From: an uncultured Pseudomonadota bacterium
Lineage (GTDB): Bacteria; Pseudomonadota; Alphaproteobacteria; Rs-D84
NCBI GenBank assembly: GCA_947307295.1
Contig: CAMZIQ010000001.1
Span: 40,968 to 104,967 of the forward strand
Length of the DNA: 64,000 bases
Direction of reading: 5' to 3'
In this document: in pieces, positions 47,472 through 56,832 of the stretch
Layout: the number at the start of each line of letters is the position of its first letter
Numbering within the stretch: position 1 is the first letter of the stretch
Notes under the pieces: generated by a model
What the model was told of the DNA's origin: nothing
The model's database searches: none
The model's input: only the letters and a program-made list of their open reading frames with translations
Position numbers and translations under genes: made by a program

Positions 47472-49031
47472 TTACCATAATCCAACTTTACAAATAGAAT
47501 CGAATATATATTTTTTTTCTATTGTTTCATTTGTGTTCTTGCACGTGACAATATCATCAGTCCCTGGTATTCTATTACATGTACCTGTGCATTTAAATGT
47601 GGTATTAAGGTAATAATCAACCCATCTTTCACCCATTAAACCATTCAAATCTTGCACCAGCTGTTTTGCCGCCATTGCAAAAGCATCGCTTTCTTTTTCT
47701 GTTTTTGTCTCTTCAAACTTATTTGAAGTTTGTTTCGCCCAATTTGTTATTTTGGTAGCAAAACTCTTCATTTCAGCATTTTGCTTTTGTATATTGTCAT
47801 AATTTGTTTTTAGTTTTGATTTTAATTCATTACATTGACTTTCAGCTATCGCGCTTCTTTGAGATTCACTAACATAATAATTATGATCGTTAATCTTGGC
47901 AAGATATGCTTGATACCCATCTGTATCTTTATCAATAACTTTATAACTGGTAAATGTTTCTATCTTTGAATACCCTGTATTGCATTCTACTTTTTTTTGT
48001 AAACTATTGATATTAAATTCCTGATTCCAGAAATTTACCCTTTGCCCCTTTTCCATCAAATTAGCATAATGTCCACCAGGTTCTTTCCATTCGTTTTTTG
48101 AATTATATGGCGTTCCATTTGGATTAGGCATACACCAATTAGTTGTGGGAAATTTTTTATCTCCACCCATTTTGGTTATACTAAGAGCCTCCCCTAATTC
48201 GGTAAATAGTTTACGCCAATCGGTATTATTCCGTAAAGGCAAACGACAATTTATTTCTACAATATCTGCCCTGGGACTTATACTAAAAGGCGGGTGTTTT
48301 GATACCAAAGAAATACCATGTTGTGCACATCCAGTCAAAACTACATTTTTCCCTTTTTCTTCATATACTTTATATGCATCACAGATAAAATCTTGTTCCG
48401 CATCAATATATTTTCGTATAACCCTACAATTATAATATCTATTTTCAGATGGACATTCTGGATGCTTACTTTCTGGCTCACCTTCTCCTACAAGCCATTT
48501 TCCTTTGCCCTCACAGTTCCATCCGTTTACCTCAATAAAACATTTCCCCCGTTTATAATTACCATTAGTGTCTATTAACATTTCATAAGTTCCCGCATGA
48601 TTCACACATTTTTTACACCTTTCCAATTCTGTTGGATTATCGGCATACTGTGCATCACAATCACTAACTTCTATTGCTAAAGTCGCAGGTATTTCACAAT
48701 TTACTCTTGTCCTTGTAGTCCCACCACTAAACATACTGTTATGCGAATCAATAGCGGTTTCAATCCAGTTGTTGCACCATTCTGAATACATACCAACAGA
48801 ACACACATTGTTTATACCAGTCACAGAAGCGTTAAAATTGTTTTCTTTCATATAATTCAAAATATTTAATGTCGTTTCGGCACCTGGTCCTTTACTGAAT
48901 TTTTCATTTTCAGCAGTCTGAACAATTGCGTCCACAGACCATTCACGCACTTTGGTCAATTCATCATTTTCTATTGCCAGAACATCAAAGGCGAACATCA
49001 ACATATAAAATACTGCGAATATCTTTTTCAT
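47472..49031 (-). CDS. secreted Cys-rich hypothetical protein (519 aa)
   Basis: Signal peptide MKKIFAVFYMLMFAFDVLA; more than 25 Cys. Confidence 0.55.
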   Translation of the reverse strand: MKKIFAVFYMLMFAFDVLAIENDELTKVREWSVDAIVQTAENEKFSKGPGAETTLNILNYMKENNFNASVTGINNVCSVGMYSEWCNNWIETAIDSHNSMFSGGTTRTRVNCEIPATLAIEVSDCDAQYADNPTELERCKKCVNHAGTYEMLIDTNGNYKRGKCFIEVNGWNCEGKGKWLVGEGEPESKHPECPSENRYYNCRVIRKYIDAEQDFICDAYKVYEEKGKNVVLTGCAQHGISLVSKHPPFSISPRADIVEINCRLPLRNNTDWRKLFTELGEALSITKMGGDKKFPTTNWCMPNPNGTPYNSKNEWKEPGGHYANLMEKGQRVNFWNQEFNINSLQKKVECNTGYSKIETFTSYKVIDKDTDGYQAYLAKINDHNYYVSESQRSAIAESQCNELKSKLKTNYDNIQKQNAEMKSFATKITNWAKQTSNKFEETKTEKESDAFAMAAKQLVQDLNGLMGERWVDYYLNTTFKCTGTCNRIPGTDDIVTCKNTNETIEKKYIFDSICKVGLW

Positions 49032-49061
49032 TATTATAACCTTTTTAGCGTTTGTTCATTA

Positions 49062-50039
49062 TCAAAAAGCTTTCTCACAATCATCAACTATTTTTGACAT
49101 ATTTTTAATCGCGCTTATTTGTGTCGCATTAAATACAGTCGCTGTTGCAGATGCCACAGTAGTAGCCCCTGCCAACACATTAGATGCGGTATTCAGATTT
49201 TTTTCTTTCTTTTTACCTTCTTCTGAATTGTCATCACGTGTGGTTTTATTATTTGCCAAAACAGATGTTATAGTTCCCACTACACCAGTAGTTGCACCAA
49301 CTGCGCTACCCACCATCGCCCCTTTGGCTTTTTTTATAACAGAACTTAAATCAATTGTTTTTATCATGCTACATTTTGAAATAATATCTTTGGCACGCGA
49401 CAAAGTGGCATCATCCGTATTGTTATCCATTTGCACTTGCATTTGAACAGCCTGTAAATTTTTGATTGATTCTGCACAGTTTTCAATTTTGGTTTCTAAA
49501 TCTTCCTGTTGCACATTTTTTCCAGCAATAATTGCTCCAGCAATATTAGTAGCCCCAGCAACAGCCATTGTTCCTGTTCTAACATTACCCAAAGTTTTTG
49601 ATTTGTCCGTAAGTTGTTCTAATTCCTGTTGTTTTTGTTTCAATTCAGAAGCATTTGATTTCCCTGATAAATCAGCCTTTACAATATCATCTACTGTTAT
49701 TGATATTGTTGATAACTTACTGGTATCTTGATTTTCCGCTTCTTTTCTCAATTCTTCTATTAACTTTCTTAAATCATCTTCAATTTGTTCTGCCTTTCTA
49801 TCCGTGGATGCTTTTGCGATACCCGTTCCAAAAGCAACGGCACCCGAAGCCGTTCCGACACCAGTTATCGCGGTATTAATCCCGGCCATGCGTTTTATAT
49901 CCGCCATCTTGTCAGATATCCCGACACACGCAGTCCGTGCATTATTCAAAGCATTATTTAAATCTGCATCAACAGCAAAAGCAGAAATATTTATCCCGCA
50001 AAAAAATAACAAAAAAACAAACACTTTGGAATTATACAT
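49062..50039 (-). CDS. secreted Gly/Ala/Thr-rich coiled-coil protein (325 aa), paralogous at its N-terminus to the 3423..4628 product
   Basis: Signal peptide; the motif RMAGINTAITGVGTASGAVA matches KIAGISTLGLTAVGVGANIA of 3423..4628. Confidence 0.5.
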   Translation of the reverse strand: MYNSKVFVFLLFFCGINISAFAVDADLNNALNNARTACVGISDKMADIKRMAGINTAITGVGTASGAVAFGTGIAKASTDRKAEQIEDDLRKLIEELRKEAENQDTSKLSTISITVDDIVKADLSGKSNASELKQKQQELEQLTDKSKTLGNVRTGTMAVAGATNIAGAIIAGKNVQQEDLETKIENCAESIKNLQAVQMQVQMDNNTDDATLSRAKDIISKCSMIKTIDLSSVIKKAKGAMVGSAVGATTGVVGTITSVLANNKTTRDDNSEEGKKKEKNLNTASNVLAGATTVASATATVFNATQISAIKNMSKIVDDCEKAF

Positions 50040-50093
50040 AGTATACCCCTCTTACATATTATAACTAATTATATCATAAAAAAACTTATATTC

Positions 50094-50119
50094 AAAAAAA
50101 ATCCGCCATTATCGGCGGA
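50094..50119 (-). terminator. rho-independent terminator downstream of ssb
   Basis: tccgccattatcggcgga hairpin with a T-run on the minus strand. Confidence 0.5.
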
Positions 50120-50141
50120 CATAAAAAATTCAAAAAATTTA

Positions 50142-50588
50142 TTAAAATGGGATATCGTCAGCGATGTCTTCGATATTAACTTCTTCCCTTTGCGGAGCCG
50201 GCGCAGATGAATTATCCATACCAGCTTCGTTAATCTTTGCACCAGACAATATTACCATTTGACCAGCATACGGATTCAAAACGACTTCGGTAGTATAGCT
50301 GTCAACACCCTGTTGATTTTGCCATTTGCGTGTCCGCAAAGTCCCTTCTAGATACAATTTTGTTCCCTTTTGCAACATGCGTTCAGCAACTTCGACCAAA
50401 TTAGGCGCAAAAATCACAACACGATGCCATTCTGTTTGTTCTTTTTGTTCACCAGATTGTCTGTCGCGCCATCTATCCGATGTAGCCAAAGAAAAAGACA
50501 CAACTTTTTGCCCAGATTGCATAGTACGAACCTGAGGGTCTTGACCAATATTACCAACCAATATTACTTTATTTATACTGCCTGCCAT
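50142..50588 (-). CDS. ssb: single-stranded DNA-binding protein
   Basis: OB-fold region ([11 protein letters not shown]…TEWHRVV) and an acidic C-terminal tail DDIPF. Start at MAGSINK. Confidence 0.9.
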   Translation of the reverse strand: MAGSINKVILVGNIGQDPQVRTMQSGQKVVSFSLATSDRWRDRQSGEQKEQTEWHRVVIFAPNLVEVAERMLQKGTKLYLEGTLRTRKWQNQQGVDSYTTEVVLNPYAGQMVILSGAKINEAGMDNSSAPAPQREEVNIEDIADDIPF

Positions 50589-50683
50589 TTTTACTTCCTT
50601 TGTTAGTTCTATAATAAAATGATTGCGAAAAAAAATAATAAATACAAGAAAAAAACGCACCATGTTTACATGGCGCGCAAAAT

Positions 50684-51241
50684 TTATTCTTCGTCTGTTT
50701 CGTCTACTTCTTCTTCAGTAGCATTCAAATCTATTTCCTTTGGTACGCCCAAAATATCTTCTATTTTATCAGACGCGGCTTCTAAATCCATTTTATGTAA
50801 AACTGCAAATTCTTGCGCCATACGTTCCAAAGCCTTTAAATACAATTGACGCGCAGAAAAAGTCATAGTATCCGTAGATGTACGTCTTTGCAAATCACGC
50901 ACAACTTCCGCCAGTTTCATAGGATCGCCAGAATTAATATTTTCTTCGTATTGAGCCGCCCTGCGCGCCCAAATCATACGTTTTGCCCCGGCCTTACCCT
51001 TAGCAGATTGAATCGCTTCATCCATCTTTCTCACGCTGGTTAATGGGCGCAATCCAGAAATTTCAGCCCTGTCCAACGGGACACGCAATGTCATGTGATT
51101 TCTTTCAAAATCAATAACCATCATCTTAATTTTTTGGTCGCCAATTGTTTGTTCTTCAACACGCAACAACTTACCAACACCCTGTGTAGGATACACAACG
51201 TATTGTCCGGTTTTAAAATCTAATTTTTTTGCTGGCATCAA
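50684..51241 (-). CDS. carD: CarD/CdnL family transcriptional regulator
   Basis: The N-terminal RNAP-interacting Tudor-like domain ([12 protein letters not shown]) and a C-terminal helical domain appear collinear with CdnL; acidic tail. Confidence 0.85.
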   Translation of the reverse strand: MMPAKKLDFKTGQYVVYPTQGVGKLLRVEEQTIGDQKIKMMVIDFERNHMTLRVPLDRAEISGLRPLTSVRKMDEAIQSAKGKAGAKRMIWARRAAQYEENINSGDPMKLAEVVRDLQRRTSTDTMTFSARQLYLKALERMAQEFAVLHKMDLEAASDKIEDILGVPKEIDLNATEEEVDETDEE

Positions 51242-51321
51242 TTACACCTTTGCGTTTGCCACCCTCTCTCATTCAGCATTATAACACAAAAATCTGAAAA
51301 AACAAATAATTGGACAAAAAA

Positions 51322-51750
51322 TTATTGACCAAGACCCGCAGGTGAAAAACGTCCTATGTTATTAAACAATTCTTCCAGCGCATTCAACTCGATTGCGGCA
51401 GGAATTTCTGTTTCCCCGCTGGCTAAATTCACATCTTTTAAATCTTCGTCATGCAAAACCTGAGTTTTTATCACTTTTCCGCCTTTGACCCATGCCAAAA
51501 GCACCGTTTTATTGTCATACGTGACCGGGAAAGGTCCATGCATATTTTCATCAGCACTGTAATAAATCCAGACTTCATCACCATAAATAGTGCGAGTCTG
51601 CGGGTCGCCAATTTCATCTTGCAATTGAGCGGTTGTTTTAATTGATGCGATTTTGCTTTCCAAATCGTCTGAAAAAACATACCCGCGATGCTTAGTTTGA
51701 AATGTACAAGCCGTCAATATCAATGCAAATATTAAAAATAATTTTTTCAT
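51322..51750 (-). CDS. lipoprotein (142 aa)
   Basis: MKKLFLIFALILTAC lipobox. Confidence 0.5.
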   Translation of the reverse strand: MKKLFLIFALILTACTFQTKHRGYVFSDDLESKIASIKTTAQLQDEIGDPQTRTIYGDEVWIYYSADENMHGPFPVTYDNKTVLLAWVKGGKVIKTQVLHDEDLKDVNLASGETEIPAAIELNALEELFNNIGRFSPAGLGQ

Positions 51751-51753
51751 CTC

Positions 51754-54700
51754 TTATCCTTCGCCATTATCTTTGTTTTTTTGAACCGTGAAATTAGCAA
51801 TATGCTGTTTAAGTTCTGTTTTGTATAAATTATTCGCCTTGGCTTCTTCTACCAATTTATCAAAATTAGGATTAACCGAACGCGCAGCTGCAAACCGAGT
51901 TTCCGATTTCATAAATTCTTCCAACGGTAAAGGATTATCCACATGCGAATCCAAAGTTAATGGGTTTTGCCCATTTTCTATATTAGCTGGATTAAATCTA
52001 TAAAGTGGCCACGCACCAGTATTCACCAAATTAGTTTGATGTTCCACACCATTTTGCAATGCGAATCCATGCGCGATACATGGCGCATAAGCCAATATAA
52101 TCGATGGACCATTAAATGCTGCTGCTTCACGGAACGCACGTATAGCCTGGGCCTGATTCGCACCAATTGCAATTTGTGCGACATAAGCACCTGACATCAA
52201 TGCAATCATACCCAAATCTTTTTTAGCATGTTCTTTACCACCAATCGCGAACTTCATAGAAGCACCAAAAGGTGTAGATTTAGATTGTTGACCACCTGTA
52301 TTTGAATAACCTTCGGTATCCAAAACCAAAATATTCACGTTTTCGCCACTATGTAAAATATGATCAACGCCACCATAACCAATATCGTATGCCCAGCCAT
52401 CACCACCAACTATCCATACAGATTTATCAACAACCGCATCAACCAAACCGGATGCATATTTTGCTCGCGGGTTCTTCATTTTTGACAATTCAGCGCGCAA
52501 ATTTTGTTCGATTTCACGTTGTTTTTCTGTATCAGTTTCTGACAGCATTTTATCTACATTTTCAAAGCCTAGTTCATATAGTACTGAACGCAAAGCACTC
52601 TTTCTTTGATTAAGCGCGATTCGCATTCCCAAACCATATTCTGCATTATCTTCGAACAAAGAATTCGACCAAGCAGGACCGCGTCCTTTGGAATCACAAG
52701 TCCAAGGTGTAGTTGGTAAATTTCCACCATAAATTGAAGAACATCCCGTAGCATTTGCCACAATCATTTTATCGCCAAATAATTGCGCCATCAAACGAAC
52801 GTATGGCGTTTCACCACATCCAGCACAAGCCCCTGGAAATTCAAAATAATGTGGCAATAATTCAACATGCTTTGGAATATTCAAATTCAATTTTGATTTA
52901 TCAAAGTCAGGTATTTTTAATGCTGCATCAAAAGCTTTTTGATTCTTAATCCCTTCAGCCATAGGAATCATGCTTAAAGCACCCACAGGACAATTTTTCA
53001 TACACAAACCACATCCTGTACAATCAGCCGGTGATATATTTAATGTATAAAATAGCTCTGTCCCCAATTCTGGTGTTTTCATTGGAACAACTGTCACACC
53101 ATGCGCACGTGCTTTTTCCATTTCTGCTTTGTTCATTACTTTGATACGAATTGCGCCATGTGGACAAAGCATAGAACATTTACCACATTGTATACATTTA
53201 CTTAAATCACATGTCGCGACACGATTTGCAATTGCGCGTTTTTCATACTTTGATGTTCCCACAGGATATTGCCCTGCCCCAAATTCACCAGCTATTTTGA
53301 ATCGTGATACAGGTATATCATCTCCGCGACCTGCCGCCATTTCACCGAGCGTTCCAGCAATTTCCGCTGGCGTATCTAGTGTCATAGCAGGAATAAAATC
53401 AGGTGCAAATTCAGAAACACTAGATGGAAAATCATATTTTTTCAAATAAGATTCTGCTTTATCTACTGCCGCCCAATTAGCCTGAACAACATCCATACCT
53501 TTTTTCTTATAAGTTTTTTCAATTGCTGCTTTGGCAGCATTTTTTGCTACATCGGGTTTTATAACTTTTGTTAAATTAAAGAAATTCAACATGATAAATG
53601 TATTAATCCTATTTCCCAACCCTAATTCATTAGCAGCGGCATTCGCATCCAAGAAATATAAATTAGCACGCATACGAATCAAATGTTCTTGTGCATCCTT
53701 TGGCAAATTCATAAAAGCTTCATCAGGTGATAACGATGTGTTTATCATAACTGTGCCACCTGCGCGCAAAGAAGCAAACACATCAAACCTTTGTGCAATC
53801 ATAAAATTAGAAACACAAATAAAATCTGCGCTTTCAACCAGATATTCACTTTTTATAGGATTGGATGAAAAACGAATATGAGATTGAGTCACACCACCAG
53901 ATTTTTTTGAATCATACACCGCATAAGATTGTGGATACAATTCAGAATTTTCACCGACTATTTTCACAATGTTCTTAACAGCACCAACCGTTCCGTCACT
54001 ACCGATACCATAAAGAATTGCTGTTTTAACACCTTTGTCTTCAATAGTAAAAGTTTTATCTATATCCAAAGACAAATGTGACAAATCATCTTCAATACCG
54101 ACCGTGAAATTATGATGTAATTCACCCCGCATCATATATTCAACAATAGCTTTGACATCCCGTGGTTTAAATTCTTTGGACCCCAAACCATAACGACCAC
54201 CAAACACAGAAATTTTTGAATCAACAATGCTACGAACATTTTGATACAACGGTTCACCAATAGCCCCCGCTTCTTTAGTTCTGTCTAGAACAGCGATTTG
54301 TTCAATAGATTTTGGTAATGCTTTTAAAAATGCACTAATAGGGAAAGGGTTAAACAGATGAACACGAATAAGCCCGACACCCTTTGGCAAATGTTTCAAA
54401 GTTTCTTCAATTGTATCGCAACTTGAGCCCATTGAAACAATAACATACTTCGCGTTTTTATCACCGATATAATCAACAACATGATATTTACGCCCAGTTA
54501 ATTTAGCAAATTTATCCATTTCTTCTTGGACGATTTGTGGTACTGCATCATAAAGCAAATTAGCCGCTTCACGTCCCTGGAAATAAACGTCAGGATTTTG
54601 CGCAGTTCCACGAATTTTTGGATTATCAGGTGTCAAACCGCGTTTACGATTTTCCATTACTAAATCATCAGGCAACATTTTACGCAATACATCATCTTCG

Positions 54701-55251
54701 ATTCGCGTTAGTGCGGATTCTTCATGACTGGTTCTAAAACCATCAAAGAAATGCAAGAAAGGAACACGCGCCCGCAAAGTTGACGCATGCGCAATCGCAG
54801 CCATATCATGCGCCGCCTGAACATTATGAGACGACAACAAAGCAAAACCAGTATTTCGTACCGCCATTACATCGCTGTGGTCACCGAATATAGATAACGC
54901 ATGTGTTGCCAATGCGCGCGCCGCAACATGCATAACAAAAGGCGTTTGTTCCCCAGCAATTTTATACATATTCGGAATCATCAACAGCAAACCTTGGGAT
55001 GCAGTAAATGTTGTCGCCAAAGCACCCATTTGCAAAGCACCATGCAAGGCACCTGCCGCACCAGCTTCGGATTGCATTTCAATTATTTCAGGTACAACAC
55101 CCCAAATATTTTTCTTGTGCTGAAAAGACCATTCGTCTGCCAATTCACCCATAGTACTGCTAGGCGTAATAGGATAAATCGCTGCGCAATCAACACATCT
55201 GTACGCGACATCAGCCGCTGCCCAATTTCCATCAACAATTAACTTTGACAT
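51754..55251 (-). CDS. nifJ: pyruvate:ferredoxin (flavodoxin) oxidoreductase, single-chain NifJ/PorA type
   Basis: 1165 aa; N-terminal AIYPITPSS, two 4Fe-4S ferredoxin motifs (CIQCGKCSMLCP, CTGCGLCMKNCP) and a C-terminal TPP-binding region (GGDGWAYDIG). Confidence 0.95.
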   Translation of the reverse strand: MSKLIVDGNWAAADVAYRCVDCAAIYPITPSSTMGELADEWSFQHKKNIWGVVPEIIEMQSEAGAAGALHGALQMGALATTFTASQGLLLMIPNMYKIAGEQTPFVMHVAARALATHALSIFGDHSDVMAVRNTGFALLSSHNVQAAHDMAAIAHASTLRARVPFLHFFDGFRTSHEESALTRIEDDVLRKMLPDDLVMENRKRGLTPDNPKIRGTAQNPDVYFQGREAANLLYDAVPQIVQEEMDKFAKLTGRKYHVVDYIGDKNAKYVIVSMGSSCDTIEETLKHLPKGVGLIRVHLFNPFPISAFLKALPKSIEQIAVLDRTKEAGAIGEPLYQNVRSIVDSKISVFGGRYGLGSKEFKPRDVKAIVEYMMRGELHHNFTVGIEDDLSHLSLDIDKTFTIEDKGVKTAILYGIGSDGTVGAVKNIVKIVGENSELYPQSYAVYDSKKSGGVTQSHIRFSSNPIKSEYLVESADFICVSNFMIAQRFDVFASLRAGGTVMINTSLSPDEAFMNLPKDAQEHLIRMRANLYFLDANAAANELGLGNRINTFIMLNFFNLTKVIKPDVAKNAAKAAIEKTYKKKGMDVVQANWAAVDKAESYLKKYDFPSSVSEFAPDFIPAMTLDTPAEIAGTLGEMAAGRGDDIPVSRFKIAGEFGAGQYPVGTSKYEKRAIANRVATCDLSKCIQCGKCSMLCPHGAIRIKVMNKAEMEKARAHGVTVVPMKTPELGTELFYTLNISPADCTGCGLCMKNCPVGALSMIPMAEGIKNQKAFDAALKIPDFDKSKLNLNIPKHVELLPHYFEFPGACAGCGETPYVRLMAQLFGDKMIVANATGCSSIYGGNLPTTPWTCDSKGRGPAWSNSLFEDNAEYGLGMRIALNQRKSALRSVLYELGFENVDKMLSETDTEKQREIEQNLRAELSKMKNPRAKYASGLVDAVVDKSVWIVGGDGWAYDIGYGGVDHILHSGENVNILVLDTEGYSNTGGQQSKSTPFGASMKFAIGGKEHAKKDLGMIALMSGAYVAQIAIGANQAQAIRAFREAAAFNGPSIILAYAPCIAHGFALQNGVEHQTNLVNTGAWPLYRFNPANIENGQNPLTLDSHVDNPLPLEEFMKSETRFAAARSVNPNFDKLVEEAKANNLYKTELKQHIANFTVQKNKDNGEG

Positions 55252-55351
55252 CTTTTACCCCAAAATTCAGATAGTTTATTATATGGACAGATGCTAGCGC
55301 GTTTATAAAACTAAGGCAAGATTTTATTGTTCTTAAAAAAAACAAAAAGGA

Positions 55352-55381
55352 TTGACAAAACGTTTATTTTGTATTATATAT
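55352..55381 (+). promoter_or_regulatory. sigma70-like promoter (TTGACAA … TTTTGTATTATA), near-identical in architecture to the one at 1824
   Basis: ttgaca at 55352-55357; tattat / tatata -10 candidates at 55373-55381. Confidence 0.45.
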
Positions 55382-55410
55382 AAAGTATAAATCAACAAAA
55401 AGAGAAAAAA

Positions 55411-56136
55411 ATGGCAGATAAAAACGAATTAAAAAATATTATGAACAAAAACATGGTTTATATTTTAACAACAATAAACCCTGAAACAACCAACGAATTA
55501 ATTATGCAATTATCGCAATGGGTAGATACAATAGATATTACTACTTTAAAAAATGACACTCATACACTTCAAAAAACAGAAGAACCGATAACAGATTCGA
55601 CAGTTTACATTATTAACGATAAAAAAACTTATTCCCCCTGTGAAAAAATCCCGCAAAAGACACCTGTGTTGAATGTGTACATTAATTCTTGCGGAGGCAA
55701 AACGTTGGTGATGCAATCTATATTGACATTGTTTAATATTGCTTCTGCCAAAGGCGCAATTATCAAAACATACAATTTGGCTCACGCGGATTCTTCTGCT
55801 AGTATGATTGCCATATCTGGAACTTTTGGTTACAGATATATGGCAGAAAATGCTTATAATACAATCCATTTTGGAAACATATCTAATGGCGCAAATCATA
55901 TAAACGAAATAGAATACTCAAACCAACATATAAAAGACTGGTATAAACAAACCCAACATATATATTTAAAAAACACAAGATTAGTCCAAAAAGAACTTAA
56001 TAAATATTATAATATCGAAGGTTCTGGTGTATTAAATTCTAAACAATGTCTTGAAAAAGGGCTTTGTGATTGGATTATAACAAATGATGGAAGATTTGTT
56101 AATAATATTGCAGACTTAAAAGTGAACCAAAAATAG
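55411..56136 (+). CDS. divergent ClpP-like (S14 family) serine peptidase with a ~45-aa insertion
   Basis: VYINSCGGKT (compare YINSPGG), DSSASMIAISG (compare GQAASMGA, Ser retained), NTIHFG (His retained). No clpX adjacent. Confidence 0.55.
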   Translation: MADKNELKNIMNKNMVYILTTINPETTNELIMQLSQWVDTIDITTLKNDTHTLQKTEEPITDSTVYIINDKKTYSPCEKIPQKTPVLNVYINSCGGKTLVMQSILTLFNIASAKGAIIKTYNLAHADSSASMIAISGTFGYRYMAENAYNTIHFGNISNGANHINEIEYSNQHIKDWYKQTQHIYLKNTRLVQKELNKYYNIEGSGVLNSKQCLEKGLCDWIITNDGRFVNNIADLKVNQK

Positions 56137-56138
56137 AA

Positions 56139-56163
56139 ACAGGGCTTTGCGCCCTGTTTTTTA
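56139..56163 (+). terminator. rho-independent terminator
   Basis: cagggctttgcgccctg hairpin plus TTTTTT. Confidence 0.6.
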
Positions 56164-56184
56164 TTTTGATACATTTTCGCATTT

Positions 56185-56805
56185 ATGATACAATTCATCT
56201 TGGATAAAAAAGGTGAAATTTTGATATACTTTATATGGCTTTGCATTATTTTCTTATTTATTTTCATAATCTTTACAACCATACAATTCGTTGAATACTT
56301 TTATTGTATATTTATAAAAAAACAAGTGCCTTTGGTTGCCAGTTGTAAAAAATTACGCCGGTTTACTGTTAATGAAATTCAAAAACATTATCCAGATTCT
56401 AAAAATATTATTGAATTGGGGTCTGGTTTTGGTGGATTGACAAGATACCTAGCGCGAAAAACAAATAAAAAAGTGACAGGAATTGAAAACATAGCATGGT
56501 ATGCTTTTGTATCTAAAATTTTAGATATATTTTGTTTCAAAAAAAATTCTACTGTTCATGGCGATGCTTTTGAATATCTTGAAAAAACAAAAGAACATTT
56601 TGATATTGCAATTGCATACTTGGGACCGCAAGCAACACAAAAAATACCAGAATACAAAGATAAAATTGATGTGTTTATTTCACTAGATTTTCCGGTTTTA
56701 AATTTAAAACCAACCAGAACAATCGATATTGGTTATGGCGCGACAATAATCGGCAATAAAAAATACCCACACAAATTATATATTTACAAATTCAAACACA
56801 AATAA
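56185..56805 (+). CDS. membrane-anchored class I SAM-dependent methyltransferase-like protein
   Basis: N-terminal TM helix and motif I IIELGSGFGGLT. Confidence 0.6.
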   Translation: MIQFILDKKGEILIYFIWLCIIFLFIFIIFTTIQFVEYFYCIFIKKQVPLVASCKKLRRFTVNEIQKHYPDSKNIIELGSGFGGLTRYLARKTNKKVTGIENIAWYAFVSKILDIFCFKKNSTVHGDAFEYLEKTKEHFDIAIAYLGPQATQKIPEYKDKIDVFISLDFPVLNLKPTRTIDIGYGATIIGNKKYPHKLYIYKFKHK

Positions 56806-56832
56806 AAAACGTCCAAATGGACGTTTTTTTTA
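56803..56832 (+). terminator. bidirectional rho-independent terminator
   Basis: aacgtccaaatggacgtt hairpin with A/T runs; between convergent genes. Confidence 0.6.

Noticed and set aside
51788-55242. Several 60–116-aa plus-strand ORFs inside the PFOR gene
   Set aside because: They are antisense to a strongly supported 1165-aa conserved CDS. These are typical shadow ORFs.
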